Shown in pieces: positions 34,339 to 43,927 of a DNA stretch of 64,000 bases. The notes beneath the pieces were generated by a model. That model saw only the letters and a list, made by a program, of their open reading frames with translations, was not told where the DNA came from and made no database searches. This DNA is from a candidate division WOR-3 bacterium (lineage in GTDB: Bacteria; Hydrothermota; 32-111). Made by a program: the position numbers and the translations under genes. Position 1 is the first letter of the stretch; each line of letters begins with the position of its first letter. The stretch covers positions 1,312,001 to 1,376,000 of the forward strand of contig JBDRZU010000001.1 in NCBI GenBank assembly GCA_039804105.1, written 5' to 3'.

Positions 34339-36360
34339 CTACCCATTGATTCTATCTCTTCCTTTTCTTTTAGCGTCGTACAAAGCATCATCAACCCATT
34401 TGAGTAATGTTTCAATACTATCACCATCATCGGGATAAGTTACAGTTCCAACAGATACAGTGATCTTGATGCCGTTTGTGAAGTTTGTTCTTTTAACAAG
34501 TTTGTTTATCTTTTCCGCTATCGAATGTGTAAACTGTTTACCTGTTCCAGGTAAAATTATGAAAAACTCATCTCCACCATATCTTGTAACGATATCTCCT
34601 TTTCTAACAGTTTTAGATAAAAGTTGAGCGAGTTCTCTTATGATCATATCTCCAACCATATGACCATAGTTATCGTTTATCTCTTTGAAATAGTCAATAT
34701 CAAGCATAAGGATAGAAAGAGGAATGGAAAGTTTTTTTGATCGTTCGAGTTCATCTTTAAGTTTTTCGATGAAGAATCGATAGTTATACATATCTGTCAG
34801 TGGATCAGTGTTTGCAATTCTTTTGGTTTCTTCATATTTGAATGTGTTGTCTATTGAAACCGATAGGTGTGAAGCAAGGATTGAGATTATTCTAAAATCG
34901 TTTTCGTCAAGAGAATTGATGCCTTCACTTTCTATATCTAATATACCGATCATACCCGAAGAAAGTTGTAATGGAACTGCGATTTCGGACATTGATATAT
35001 CAAGTCGTCCAACGAATCTTGGATCTGAACGTGTATCCTTTACATGAACTGGAGTTTTATGCTCAGCGACCCATCCAACGATACCTTCACCCATCTTCAA
35101 CATCTCGTTGATCCGTTCTATATATTTTTCATTGTATCCAGAGAAAGCTTTTATCTCGAGTTCATTGAACTCGTTGTATAGGATTATAGATGTATTATAA
35201 TGAGGAAAATTCTCTTTTATTGATTTTACAAAATGGTTCAAAAGATCGTCGAGTTGTATATGTGAGTTCATCAAAGCGGAGATTGTGGATACCTTTTCCA
35301 AATTTTTAATTAGTTGTTCCATCCTTGAAAACAGTTTTGCATTTTCGAGTGAAATTGCTGCAGTTTGAGCGAATGATTCTAAAATTTCTATCGATTCGAG
35401 AAGGTTAACATATTTGTTTATGGGTTTATCAACAGTGATGATTCCTAAAATTTTGTTTTCCTTTGAATAGAGTGGAATTATGAGTATATCTTCAGGATGC
35501 CAGTTTACATATTCATCAGGTCGCTCCTCAGGTATCACATAAGCGATCTCATTCAAAGTTTTGTCTATCTGATCAAGGTTCATCTCTTTATGGTTTATAT
35601 AGTATGATTTTGATATTCTGAATTTATCCTGCATCAAATTTTTTATGGTTGAGAAAGGGACCTTTTGTTTTTTCAATTTTTCGAAAACTTTTTCATTCAA
35701 ACCGTTCTGAGCGACTCTTTCCATCGAATCTTCTTTTTCGTTGTAAAGGGAGACAAGAACAACCGAAAAACCAAGAGAGGAACTTATTGCCTTTGTGATT
35801 ATGTTGAGGATCTTTTCAAAGTCAAAAGTTGATTGCAAAAGGAGAGTCAACTGTTGTAAAGTGTACAACTTTTTGTTGACTGTTGCTATCTTCTCTTCTA
35901 TATCTTTTTCTGAATTCAATTTTTGTAATAGATATATCTTTGTTAAACCGTTTTTTATCGATGGTAAAATCTCAAGCATTTCAAGATTTTTTCTTTCATC
36001 ATATATTTCACCTTCATTCTGAAAAATCAAAAATAATTCTTCTTGTTTATCAGTTAGAAATATATAATGATTTCCACTTTGTAAAACTACTTCATCTCCA
36101 ATCCTTATATCATATAAAAGAGAATCTATCCTGTTGATCTGTTCTTTTTCTTCAACTGAGATCCTTTTAAAGTTGTACAGTTCTTTTGTTTCCGCAAAGG
36201 CCTTATCTTTTTTGAGTGTTGAATAGAAATAAAAACCGTTCTGAGTTTTTAAACTTAAAAAGAGATTTTTTATAAAATACTCTTTTAAAAAGAAATTTAT
36301 TGCATCAATGAAATCTTTTTCATTTTCTGAACTCAAGAATTTACTTACAACAGGTTTCAT
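34339..36360 (-). CDS. GAF-GAF diguanylate cyclase
   Basis: Two GAF domains; DPLT, DIDYFKEINDNYGH, I-site RKGD, RYGGDEF, AKRKGR. Confidence 0.92.
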   Translation of the reverse strand: MKPVVSKFLSSENEKDFIDAINFFLKEYFIKNLFLSLKTQNGFYFYSTLKKDKAFAETKELYNFKRISVEEKEQINRIDSLLYDIRIGDEVVLQSGNHYIFLTDKQEELFLIFQNEGEIYDERKNLEMLEILPSIKNGLTKIYLLQKLNSEKDIEEKIATVNKKLYTLQQLTLLLQSTFDFEKILNIITKAISSSLGFSVVLVSLYNEKEDSMERVAQNGLNEKVFEKLKKQKVPFSTIKNLMQDKFRISKSYYINHKEMNLDQIDKTLNEIAYVIPEERPDEYVNWHPEDILIIPLYSKENKILGIITVDKPINKYVNLLESIEILESFAQTAAISLENAKLFSRMEQLIKNLEKVSTISALMNSHIQLDDLLNHFVKSIKENFPHYNTSIILYNEFNELEIKAFSGYNEKYIERINEMLKMGEGIVGWVAEHKTPVHVKDTRSDPRFVGRLDISMSEIAVPLQLSSGMIGILDIESEGINSLDENDFRIISILASHLSVSIDNTFKYEETKRIANTDPLTDMYNYRFFIEKLKDELERSKKLSIPLSILMLDIDYFKEINDNYGHMVGDMIIRELAQLLSKTVRKGDIVTRYGGDEFFIILPGTGKQFTHSIAEKINKLVKRTNFTNGIKITVSVGTVTYPDDGDSIETLLKWVDDALYDAKRKGRDRING

Positions 36361-36368
36361 ATAAAATC

Positions 36369-36397
36369 ATTATAATATTTTATAAGATAAATGTCAA
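36369..36397 (-). promoter_or_regulatory. Consensus sigma70 promoter of the GGDEF operon
   Basis: TTGACA-N17-TATAAT on the - strand, 8 nt upstream of the ATG. Confidence 0.75.
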
Positions 36398-36410
36398 CAA
36401 AATGAAAATT

Positions 36411-37082
36411 CTAATCTATTATCAAACCATCTTTGATATGGATTATTCTATCCGTCTTTCTGGCAACATCGGGTTCATGAGTAACTATTATTATGGTTTT
36501 CCCTTTCTGATTTAGTTCCCTTAAAATTTTCATTATCTCATCTGACATTTTGGAATCAAGATTACCTGTTGGTTCATCAGCAAGGATGAACTGGGGATCG
36601 TTCGCAAGAGATCTTGCAATTGAAACTCTCTGTCTTTCTCCACCTGACATCTCAGATGGTAGATGGTGTATTCTGTGTGATAATCCGACAAGTTCAAGAA
36701 GTTCTTTTGCTCTTTTGATACGTTCATTTCTTTTGACTTTGGCATAGATCATTGGCATTTCGACATTCCTTAAAGCGGTTGTCTTAGGAAGGAGATTATA
36801 ACTTTGAAAAACAAAACCAATATATTTGTTTCTGATCTCTGCAAGTTTATCATCATCATATTTAGATGTGTCGTTTCCATTCAAAAGATATGTTCCACCA
36901 GTTGGTTTATCCAAACATCCAAGAATGTGCATCAAAGTAGATTTTCCTGATCCAGATGGTCCCATTATTGATAAAAATTCTCCTTCAGAAATCGTTAGGT
37001 TGATATCTTTTAAAGCTTCAACATAACCACCTTTAAAAGGATAATATTTTTTTATATGAAACATTTCTATTATATTACTCAT
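36411..37082 (-). CDS. ABC transporter ATP-binding protein (MacB/LolD type)
   Basis: GPSGSGKS, MSGGERQR, ADEPTGNLD, VTHE. Confidence 0.95.
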   Translation of the reverse strand: MSNIIEMFHIKKYYPFKGGYVEALKDINLTISEGEFLSIMGPSGSGKSTLMHILGCLDKPTGGTYLLNGNDTSKYDDDKLAEIRNKYIGFVFQSYNLLPKTTALRNVEMPMIYAKVKRNERIKRAKELLELVGLSHRIHHLPSEMSGGERQRVSIARSLANDPQFILADEPTGNLDSKMSDEIMKILRELNQKGKTIIIVTHEPDVARKTDRIIHIKDGLIID

Positions 37083-38292
37083 ATCTCAAACACTCCACTG
37101 GATCAAGTGATGCGGCCTTTCTTGATGGAAGGATTCCGAAGAATAGTCCTGCTGAAAAAGAGAAGGTAAAACCTAAAAGAACAGACCATAAAGGAATCGC
37201 AAAAGGCAAATTTGTGAATTTTGAGATCGTAAACGAGATTAAAAAACCGGTAATTATTCCTATGATTCCTCCAGTAAGAGAAATTGTGATCGATTCAAAC
37301 AAAAATTGTAAAAGGATCTCTCGGTTTTTTGCACCAATTGATTTTCTTATTCCAATCTCTCTGGTTCTTTCGGAAACCGAGACGAGCATTATATTCATTA
37401 TACCTATTCCACCAACTATCAAAGATAAAGTTCCAACAGCGATCATAACAAAAAAAATTGCTGTCGTAAGAGATTTCCACTGACTGATCAATGCATCCTG
37501 AGTGTTTATATGGAAGTTATCGGGATCTTTAGGTTTTAACGAATGTGACAATCTCATGATCCATCTCAACTCTTCAATGGTTTCATCAGGATTAAAACTT
37601 CTCACCATTATCGATATCCTTCTTGACTCATCTCCATAATATTTTATAAGGGTTGTATAAGGAATGTATACCACCTCATCCATCGATTGCCCAAAGATTG
37701 AACCTTTTTCTGTTGTTACCCCTATAACAATATATTTTCTACCATCAACCGTTAAAAGTTTTCCTATTGGATTTTCATTTTTAAAAAGGTTTTTTTGAAT
37801 ATCTTTACCTATAACACAAACATTTCTTCTGTATTTGATATCATCGGATGAGATTGGAATACCGATGTCTATCGATATATTCTCTATCTTAAAAGAATTT
37901 TCTGAAATTCCCGATACATTGACTGCTTCCAATCTTTCACCTTTATATTTTACTAGAAACCTTCTTGAAATCGAAATACCTACATCCTCTGCTGATCTAA
38001 TCATCTGTTTAACCATTTTATAATCGTTAAAGTCCACATAATTCCTAAAAGATCTTCTCCAATCGTTTGGACCCATCGAAACCCATGGGAATCTTTCAAC
38101 ATAGATAACATTTGAACCAATTGTTGAGAAAACCTGTTGAACTTTCGATTCTAATCCAGCGATTATTGAGACAACTATTATAACAGTCATAACACCAATG
38201 ATTATTCCAAGCGTAGTTAAAAAACTTCTGAGTTTGTTGCTTCTTATAGAGTCCAAACTTACTCTTAAACTTTCCAGAAAGAGTTCTATCAT
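37075..38292 (-). CDS. ABC transporter permease (MacB/FtsX type)
   Basis: RSFLTTLGIIIG, VGGIGIMNIMLVSVSERTREIGIRK, LRYE. Confidence 0.95.
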   Translation of the reverse strand: MIELFLESLRVSLDSIRSNKLRSFLTTLGIIIGVMTVIIVVSIIAGLESKVQQVFSTIGSNVIYVERFPWVSMGPNDWRRSFRNYVDFNDYKMVKQMIRSAEDVGISISRRFLVKYKGERLEAVNVSGISENSFKIENISIDIGIPISSDDIKYRRNVCVIGKDIQKNLFKNENPIGKLLTVDGRKYIVIGVTTEKGSIFGQSMDEVVYIPYTTLIKYYGDESRRISIMVRSFNPDETIEELRWIMRLSHSLKPKDPDNFHINTQDALISQWKSLTTAIFFVMIAVGTLSLIVGGIGIMNIMLVSVSERTREIGIRKSIGAKNREILLQFLFESITISLTGGIIGIITGFLISFTISKFTNLPFAIPLWSVLLGFTFSFSAGLFFGILPSRKAASLDPVECLRYE

Positions 38293-39464
38293 CTTTTTCT
38301 CCCTGAGGGAAATCTCTTATCAGAAGAAATTTTTACCTTTAAGCCATCTTTGAGAAATTTAAAGGACAAAAAAGGTCCACTTACGATTGAATCTCCAGAT
38401 TTTAAACTATCTGAAAATATCTCCATTTTTAAATTACCAGTTATACCCGTCTTAACGGGAACAAATTTTATCTTTCCTCCAGAATATTTAAAAACACCCT
38501 CTTTGTTCTCTCTGTTTACCATCGATTGTATTGGGATCGATAGAGTACTATCCTTTTTGAGAGTAATTATATCGACATCACAACTCATGCCTGAAACCAA
38601 AAGATTGTTATCAGGTGAATCATCGAGAATGATTTTAACTTCGTATTCAACGGCGGTTGAAGTTGATGATGAAAAGGCGGATGATGAGGATGAAGAAACA
38701 GAATATTTTGGTCTATTTGCTTTAACAAAAATCTTTCCTGTGAAAGTTTTTTCGGGGAAAGCATCAAAAATAACTTTTGCAATGTTTCCATTTCTTACCT
38801 TTGAAATCGATGTTTCATCAACATTCGCTTTAACTATCAATTTTTGGTTGTTTGATATAGTCATAAGAACAGTGCCAGCGTTGTTCATTGTGCCTGTAAT
38901 TATGTTTTCACCTTCCTCAACATATATAGCTGTGACTGTTCCATCTATGGGAGATCTGATGATGGTTTTTTCGAGGTTATCTTTTGCTATATCGTAGGAT
39001 GATTTTGCAGATGTTAAAAGGTTCAAACTGTTTTTATATTCGAGTTCAGCGAGCGTGAATTCAGATTTTGAAATAAGATTCTGTTCGTAAAGTTTTTTCT
39101 GATTTTCAAATTTATATGAAACATAATCAAAATTTGATTGTGCATAGTTTAAAGCTGTTTCTGACTCCTTCAACCTTGCCTGTTGAGAAATGTCGTCAAT
39201 TTTTAAAAGTGGAGCACCTTTTTTTACAAAATCACCTTCTTTCACAAATATTTTTAGACATTTTCCCATTATATCAGAAGAAATTTCAACATCAACGAAC
39301 GGTTCGAGTGCACCCGAAGCGTTGACAGTTTCCTCTATCGTATCGAGTTTTATCTCTGAAATTTCAACTGAAACAAGATTTTTTTTCTTTCCAAAAACAA
39401 GAAATAAAATGATCAAAACTATAATCGCTATAATGTATATTCTTTTTTTCTGAAAAATTTTCAC
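38289..39464 (-). CDS. Periplasmic adaptor (MacA-like membrane fusion protein)
   Basis: VKEGDFVKKG, IRSPIDGTV, VDETSI, GMSCDVDI. Confidence 0.92.
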   Translation of the reverse strand: MKIFQKKRIYIIAIIVLIILFLVFGKKKNLVSVEISEIKLDTIEETVNASGALEPFVDVEISSDIMGKCLKIFVKEGDFVKKGAPLLKIDDISQQARLKESETALNYAQSNFDYVSYKFENQKKLYEQNLISKSEFTLAELEYKNSLNLLTSAKSSYDIAKDNLEKTIIRSPIDGTVTAIYVEEGENIITGTMNNAGTVLMTISNNQKLIVKANVDETSISKVRNGNIAKVIFDAFPEKTFTGKIFVKANRPKYSVSSSSSSAFSSSTSTAVEYEVKIILDDSPDNNLLVSGMSCDVDIITLKKDSTLSIPIQSMVNRENKEGVFKYSGGKIKFVPVKTGITGNLKMEIFSDSLKSGDSIVSGPFLSFKFLKDGLKVKISSDKRFPSGRKR

Positions 39465-40696
39465 CTGATCCTCCTTATTAAATAAAGGTATCTATAATAT
39501 GTCTTATAGTATTCCTTTTTTGAATTCAGATAGTTTACTAAACTTTCAATGTATGTTTTTTCAATCGAGGTATAATCGGTTGCGTTTAATTCTCCATTCT
39601 GGAAAAGGATTTTTGCTTTCTCAAAATTTTTTTGTGCTGATTCGTAGAGTTTTTTTGAACTATCAAGGAAATTTTTTGAAAGTTTTATTCTGTTATCAAA
39701 ATTATTTATTTCAAGTTTTAAACTTTCCTCTGTTTTTAAAAAGTTAAGATAAGCGCTTTTCTGTGAATAATTTTTTTGGATAACATTTAAACTCCGTGAA
39801 AATCCTGTAAAAACGGGAAATGAAACTGATATTCCAAATCTAACCGTTGAACTATCCAAGAGTTCATCCAGATTGAATCTATATGTTGTATCAAGCAAAC
39901 CGTAGGAAACATTCAGGGATGCTTTTGGAAAGAATTCTGTATAGGATATGATTCTTTCCTCTTCAGAAACAGTGTAATTTTTTTTCGCTATCAGGTATTC
40001 TGGAAGATTTTTTAAAATCCTTGTTTGATCAATATCAAAAAAAGATATTTCTGGAAAAGTATCGATATCTAAAAGTTTCCCAGGATATTTTATTCCGGTT
40101 AAATTTATGAATTCTTCAAGGTATGTTTGGTAGTTTATCTTATCCTTTTCATAAGAAAACAGAAGAGAATAATAGTTTGACTCAATCTGCAAAAAATTTG
40201 ATTCTGAAATAAGCCCATTTTCATAAAGAATTTTATTCTTTTTTAGATTTGTTTCCTCAAATGAGATTATCGTTGAATCGGTTTCAAGTTTTATCTGATG
40301 GGATAAAAGGTTAAAATATGATTCGATAATCTGTTGAGTTATATCGTTCAAACCTTTTAAATATAAAAGATTTGCTATATCCGAATACTCCTTGTTTTTT
40401 AAGATACTTAAAAATGTTGGAAGGTTAAAAATCGTTTGGCTTAAAGATATTGACTGTGAATAGGTCCAGTTTGAATAATTTGATGAATCGATCGATATAG
40501 AGTATACTATATATGGTAAAATTGATGGCAAAGAATTTAAAAGTGCTTTGTTGTTAATATCCCTTTCAATAACTTTCAATTTAAAATCGATCGATGAAGT
40601 TTTTGTTTTTAACAGAGCATCTTCAAGTGATGTTTGAGAGAAAACATATAAAAATGTTGATAGAATTAAAACAAAAATTATAACAAATTTTTTCAT
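39461..40696 (-). CDS. TolC-family outer-membrane efflux protein
   Basis: Signal peptide; duplicated OEP pattern (YENGLIS / FQNGELN, FFPKASL, SFPVFTG); precedes MFP-ABC genes. Confidence 0.8.
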   Translation of the reverse strand: MKKFVIIFVLILSTFLYVFSQTSLEDALLKTKTSSIDFKLKVIERDINNKALLNSLPSILPYIVYSISIDSSNYSNWTYSQSISLSQTIFNLPTFLSILKNKEYSDIANLLYLKGLNDITQQIIESYFNLLSHQIKLETDSTIISFEETNLKKNKILYENGLISESNFLQIESNYYSLLFSYEKDKINYQTYLEEFINLTGIKYPGKLLDIDTFPEISFFDIDQTRILKNLPEYLIAKKNYTVSEEERIISYTEFFPKASLNVSYGLLDTTYRFNLDELLDSSTVRFGISVSFPVFTGFSRSLNVIQKNYSQKSAYLNFLKTEESLKLEINNFDNRIKLSKNFLDSSKKLYESAQKNFEKAKILFQNGELNATDYTSIEKTYIESLVNYLNSKKEYYKTYYRYLYLIRRIR

Positions 40697-40724
40697 CTGA
40701 CCTCACAACTTGAATTTGAATACA

Positions 40725-40752
40725 ATTTTAATCGATAATCTTATTTAATCAA
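40725..40752 (-). promoter_or_regulatory. Putative promoter of the tolC-macAB-like operon
   Basis: TTGATT-N16-TAAAAT on the - strand; GAGGT SD before the ATG. Confidence 0.45.
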
Positions 40753-40772
40753 CAACAATTTAGACGAAAATT

Positions 40773-41684
40773 TTAAACATTCCCCTCGCTTTTTTTTAAA
40801 TTTTTTGAAATAAGATAACCTGAAAATATTATGAGTCCTCCACCTATTATAAGAAAAATGTTAAGTTTCAATTTTAAAAAGATAATTTCATTTATGGTTG
40901 TGAAAAGAATTGTAAAAATGAAGAGTATAGAGGTTGAATTAACAGGAAGATATGATAGAGCGTAATTCCAGAATATATAAGCGAGACCGCTTTGAAAAAT
41001 CCCCATTTCAAGGATCCAAAACCAGTGTTCAAATTTTGTAGGTGCATTTTTTGTTGATAAAAATAATATTGGAGAAACGGTTAATGAAGATAATAAAAAG
41101 ATCTTAAAAAGAAAATTTATTATTTTTTCCGGCTTGTTTCTTAAAGGTGTCACAAGTTTTGATGAAAGGTAAACATAGAAACCAAAACTCATACCGGTTA
41201 AAATTCCCCAGAAGATTCCTAAATAGAAATTGTCTTTCAGATCAAAAAAATGTTCCTTTCCCAAAACGATCACTATTATTCCAAAAAAAGATAGGATAAA
41301 GGCAACTATTTCAAAAAATGTAGGTTTTTTTCTGTCGATCATTAAGGAAAGAAGTATTACGAATATTGGAGAGAGATTTTCAAATATCATTACAAGTGTA
41401 CCTGACAGGTATTTTAAAGATATATGGTAAAGTAATGAATTTCCAGTTATACCTATTACTGATATCGCTAAAACAAGTTTAAAATTTTCCCTGAAATTCA
41501 AATCCAATTTTTTTGTAAAAATCAGAAAAATAAAGAAAAGAAAAGTTCCTATGAAAAATCTCACTGTTGCGACGAACAACATGTTAACATTTTCACAAGC
41601 AAGATATCTTCCAGCAACCCCATGTATACCCCAGAGAAAGAGTGCTATGAAAGCATAAACCAAACCTTTTCTTTTTTCTTTCAT
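40773..41684 (-). CDS. EamA/DMT family transporter
   Basis: About 10 TMs in two repeats; LWG, RFFIG, AYIFWNYAL. Confidence 0.88.
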   Translation of the reverse strand: MKEKRKGLVYAFIALFLWGIHGVAGRYLACENVNMLFVATVRFFIGTFLFFIFLIFTKKLDLNFRENFKLVLAISVIGITGNSLLYHISLKYLSGTLVMIFENLSPIFVILLSLMIDRKKPTFFEIVAFILSFFGIIVIVLGKEHFFDLKDNFYLGIFWGILTGMSFGFYVYLSSKLVTPLRNKPEKIINFLFKIFLLSSLTVSPILFLSTKNAPTKFEHWFWILEMGIFQSGLAYIFWNYALSYLPVNSTSILFIFTILFTTINEIIFLKLKLNIFLIIGGGLIIFSGYLISKNLKKSEGNV

Positions 41685-43927
41685 CAGTACTGTCCAAAAA
41701 ATTCAGGGTAGTTGATCGGGTTTCCAAGATGAATATTAAATGTAAAGAAATCTCTTCTTATATTGTTTTTAAAATATCCTATGCCTGTTTCAAAAACTCC
41801 AAACGGAGTTGAAAAAGTTAAAGACAATCTTGAGCCAAATATGTATTTTATGAAAAATTGATCTATAATTCCATCAAAAAGAATAGAACCTTCATTTTCA
41901 CTCTGAATATAAAAGTTATCATTTATGAAATATTTTAAAGTGTAGGCGGAAGATATAGTATACCTTTTTTGAAGATTTTTATCATAAAGATATCTTAACT
42001 CAAAAGTTGGTTGAGATGTCGGATAATCGAGAGAGATTTTTGAAGAAATTGGATAATATGGAAAAAGAAAATATATGAAACCATATTTGAAAACTATCGA
42101 TGAGTTAAACTTTTTTGATAATCTTTTTTGATCCAGAAAATAACCTGTTGATTTTATGTATATTTGTTTTAAAGAATTCAGATCAAAAATATCGTTGTAA
42201 GTTTTTAAATCGGTTGTTTTGAGTGTGGGATTTGGAAGATTCAATCCAAGAACAAAACTTTTTTTATCCGTTGAAATGTTTAAACTTAAAGGTTTTTCTT
42301 CTTTGTCAAGAAAGTAGATACCAACAGATGTTTTGAAAAGATCCAGAGAAAGAAATCTTTTATACTTTGATGAAATAAAAAATGAAAAAATTTTTCGTTT
42401 GTCTATGTTTGTCCCAAACAAAAATGTTGTATTGTAATTTTGCTCATAGTTGAAATAGTTATCAAAAACATTGTAATTTTTGTAGATGTGAAAATTTGAA
42501 TAGATTCCAGCGAGAAAGTTTGAAAAAAATATACTCGGAGAAAAAAGGTTCAAGGTTAATCCTTTAATATAGTTACCTGCAAAACCATATATGTCCAGAT
42601 ATGAAAGCGTGTTGAAAATATTATTTTTTTGATAAACCCCATAAAGATTGATTCCCGCTTTTGAATCACCGAAACCTCCAAATCTAAAAATTGTTGAATC
42701 GATCTCTTTTACTTTAATTTTTAAAATCATTCTCTGGTTGGCTTCATTTATTGTTATTTCAGGTTCGATCGATTCAAATATCGAAAGGGAATAAAGAGTA
42801 TAGATTGTTTTTTTCAGATTGTCATAAAAGAAAATGTCTCCCTTTTTCATTTTCACAACATTTCTTATTGATTTTTCACTCCATCTATTTTTCGATTCAA
42901 TAATTAGAGTATCGATGATTCTTCCATTAAAAGTTTTGTATCCTTCTATATAAAATTTTCTGTTTTCTTTTGGGTATTTTTCTTCTTTTTTGATCTTTTC
43001 CTTTATCTGGGGAATGATCTGTTTTGCTTTATCGTATCCTTTTTTTATTATCTCCTCAGATTTTATGAATTCATAACCTCTATATTTTCCAACATCAGGT
43101 CTTATATAGATACTGTATTTTTCAAGAGTATCAACAGGATAGTTTCTCGTTAACAGATCAACTATTGTAAAAGTTATATCTATAATCGAAGGATTTTTTT
43201 CTTCAAGATTTTTTCCATCAGAAGAAACATCAACACTGATTATTACATCAGGATTAAAAGTATCTTTTAAAGATTTTAAAGGAATATTTTCAAACATTCC
43301 ACCATCGAAGTATGATATTGAATCAAAAATAACTGGCTTGAACACAAGAGGGATAGCCATGGATGCCCTTATACATTCTTCCAATTTTCCTTTGGTGAAC
43401 ACTTTGGGTTTTTCACTTTTCAAATCCGATGCTGTGCAAAGAAATGGCTTATACATTTTTCTGAAATCTGATTTGATCGCATAATCAACATCTGAAAAAA
43501 ATGAGAAGAGTTCCAGATTTATTATCTTATCATCAACTGTTCCTTCAGGCATTTTGAGTTTACCATCTTTTAGTTCAGTAGTTAAAAATGTTGGATAGGA
43601 ATTGAGATAAAGATAAACAGGTTGATAATTTTTCAGTGTTGTCTCATTGAGCCAGTTTTTTATATTTTCACTTAAAAAGATTGATTCTATTTCACTGGCT
43701 GTATAGCCGGAAGCCCACAACCCACCAATTATTGACCCCATACTTGTTCCTGCAACAAAATCTATTGGTATATTGTATTCTTCAATCACTTTCAAAACAC
43801 CGATATGTGCAAGCCCTCTTGCAGCTCCTCCACCAAGGACAAGCCCTACCTTTTCTTGTCCATGTAAAAGAGAAAAAAAACAAAAGGTAAAAATGAGTAA
43901 AAATTTTTTCTTGTTTTTGAAAATCAT
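41684..43927 (-). CDS. Patatin-like phospholipase with POTRA and C-terminal beta-barrel (PlpD/type Vd-like)
   Basis: Signal peptide; GGGAARG, GTSMG, DGG; POTRA-like segment KKGDIF...LYSLSIF; barrel-like TPFGVFETGIG tail. Confidence 0.8.
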   Translation of the reverse strand: MIFKNKKKFLLIFTFCFFSLLHGQEKVGLVLGGGAARGLAHIGVLKVIEEYNIPIDFVAGTSMGSIIGGLWASGYTASEIESIFLSENIKNWLNETTLKNYQPVYLYLNSYPTFLTTELKDGKLKMPEGTVDDKIINLELFSFFSDVDYAIKSDFRKMYKPFLCTASDLKSEKPKVFTKGKLEECIRASMAIPLVFKPVIFDSISYFDGGMFENIPLKSLKDTFNPDVIISVDVSSDGKNLEEKNPSIIDITFTIVDLLTRNYPVDTLEKYSIYIRPDVGKYRGYEFIKSEEIIKKGYDKAKQIIPQIKEKIKKEEKYPKENRKFYIEGYKTFNGRIIDTLIIESKNRWSEKSIRNVVKMKKGDIFFYDNLKKTIYTLYSLSIFESIEPEITINEANQRMILKIKVKEIDSTIFRFGGFGDSKAGINLYGVYQKNNIFNTLSYLDIYGFAGNYIKGLTLNLFSPSIFFSNFLAGIYSNFHIYKNYNVFDNYFNYEQNYNTTFLFGTNIDKRKIFSFFISSKYKRFLSLDLFKTSVGIYFLDKEEKPLSLNISTDKKSFVLGLNLPNPTLKTTDLKTYNDIFDLNSLKQIYIKSTGYFLDQKRLSKKFNSSIVFKYGFIYFLFPYYPISSKISLDYPTSQPTFELRYLYDKNLQKRYTISSAYTLKYFINDNFYIQSENEGSILFDGIIDQFFIKYIFGSRLSLTFSTPFGVFETGIGYFKNNIRRDFFTFNIHLGNPINYPEFFGQY

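Noticed and set aside
38650..38705. Ser-rich low-complexity tract in the adaptor protein
   Set aside because: An in-frame flexible loop with mixed codons; not a phase-variable repeat.
38350..38997. 215-aa antisense ORF, and other short opposite-strand ORFs in the track (e.g. 3187-3738, 52341-52760)
   Set aside because: They lie wholly within well-supported genes, have no motifs and no translation signals that I could see; they are shadow ORFs.
41684..43927. Patatin as a CBASS effector
   Set aside because: It has a signal peptide and POTRA/barrel region, and there is no CD-NTase nearby.
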